Part shown: positions 63,601 to 64,000 of the stretch, piece after piece
Position numbering within the stretch: position 1 is the stretch's first letter
Layout: each line of letters starts with the position of its first letter
Assembly (NCBI GenBank): GCA_015680685.1
Contig: MNCI01000125.1
Coordinates: forward strand, 47,548-111,547
Source of the DNA: Gnetum montanum
Lineage: Eukaryota; Plantae; Gnetophyta
Direction: 5' to 3'
Length of the DNA: 64,000 nt
Notes under the pieces: generated by a model
Database searches by the model: none
Told to the model about the DNA's origin: nothing
The model's input: the letters and a program-made list of their open reading frames with translations, nothing else
Position numbers and translations under genes: made by a program

Positions 63601-64000
63601 AGCCCTAGGAAGGTTAATCTATATTTCCTACTGAACAAGTTAAACAACAATCACACTTGGGATGGAGGTCAAATGTTGTTTGGGATTCATGATGCATGGG
63701 AGAATGCCAAGATTTGCTTATGAAAAATAGGAAGAAAAAGGGCTAAGTGCTAAAATGCAGAAAAAGGGCTAAGTATGCAACTATTGAGAAAACAACTAAG
63801 TGTAAAAATGGAAGATAATAGCTAACTATAAATTACTAAAAAAATGCTAACTTTGGGACTATCCTTAGAGCTTAGTATGCTCACTACATTAGAGCTAACT
63901 ACACTCTGTCAAGAACCTAGAATATGGTTAAGTGCAAGTTATGAACTTTGGTGTTGCTTAACAGGGTTACAAGGGAACCAACAATGGGGTCCACTCCACA

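Larger units (their letters stand above)
39865..64000 (-). mobile_element. Large Ogre/Tat-type Ty3/gypsy element. 3' LTR runs from 39865 to ~41560-41850; 5' LTR lies beyond the window
   Basis: On -: gag with a CxYHxxxGHxxxxC knuckle (~62720-62800), protease (FNLILGRPW, ~61460), RT, RH, additional RH, INT with GPY/F tail, tandem arrays, then an LTR ending ..GTTGCTACA at 39865. Continuity across 47-61 kb is inferred. Confidence 0.7.

Overview
Plant (probably angiosperm) nuclear DNA with two host genes in a nested-transposon landscape. (1) A 5-exon TMK-type LRR receptor-like kinase (+, 2450-7265) has a duplicated promoter and a frameshifted C-terminal tail. (2) A 6-exon EGY3-like chloroplast M50/S2P gene (-, 25841-30049) has a probable ATG->ACG start mutation and three in-frame stops. 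Most of the rest is TEs: a hAT element with an 8-bp TSD inside an Athila-like LTR; a full-length degenerate Ty1/copia (TSD TTGAA); several Athila-like copies, including a solo LTR and a complete gag+protease-only element (TSD GTTGG); and a large Ogre/Tat-type Ty3/gypsy element (-, 39865 to beyond 64000). The most unusual structure is in that last element. Its gag-protease and RT-RH-aRH-INT blocks are separated by about 6.6 kb (excluding the nested Athila). That spacer holds a decayed, intron-containing gene on the opposite strand, and related ~31-bp tandem arrays sit at the module borders. All coordinates were read by eye and no database searches were run.
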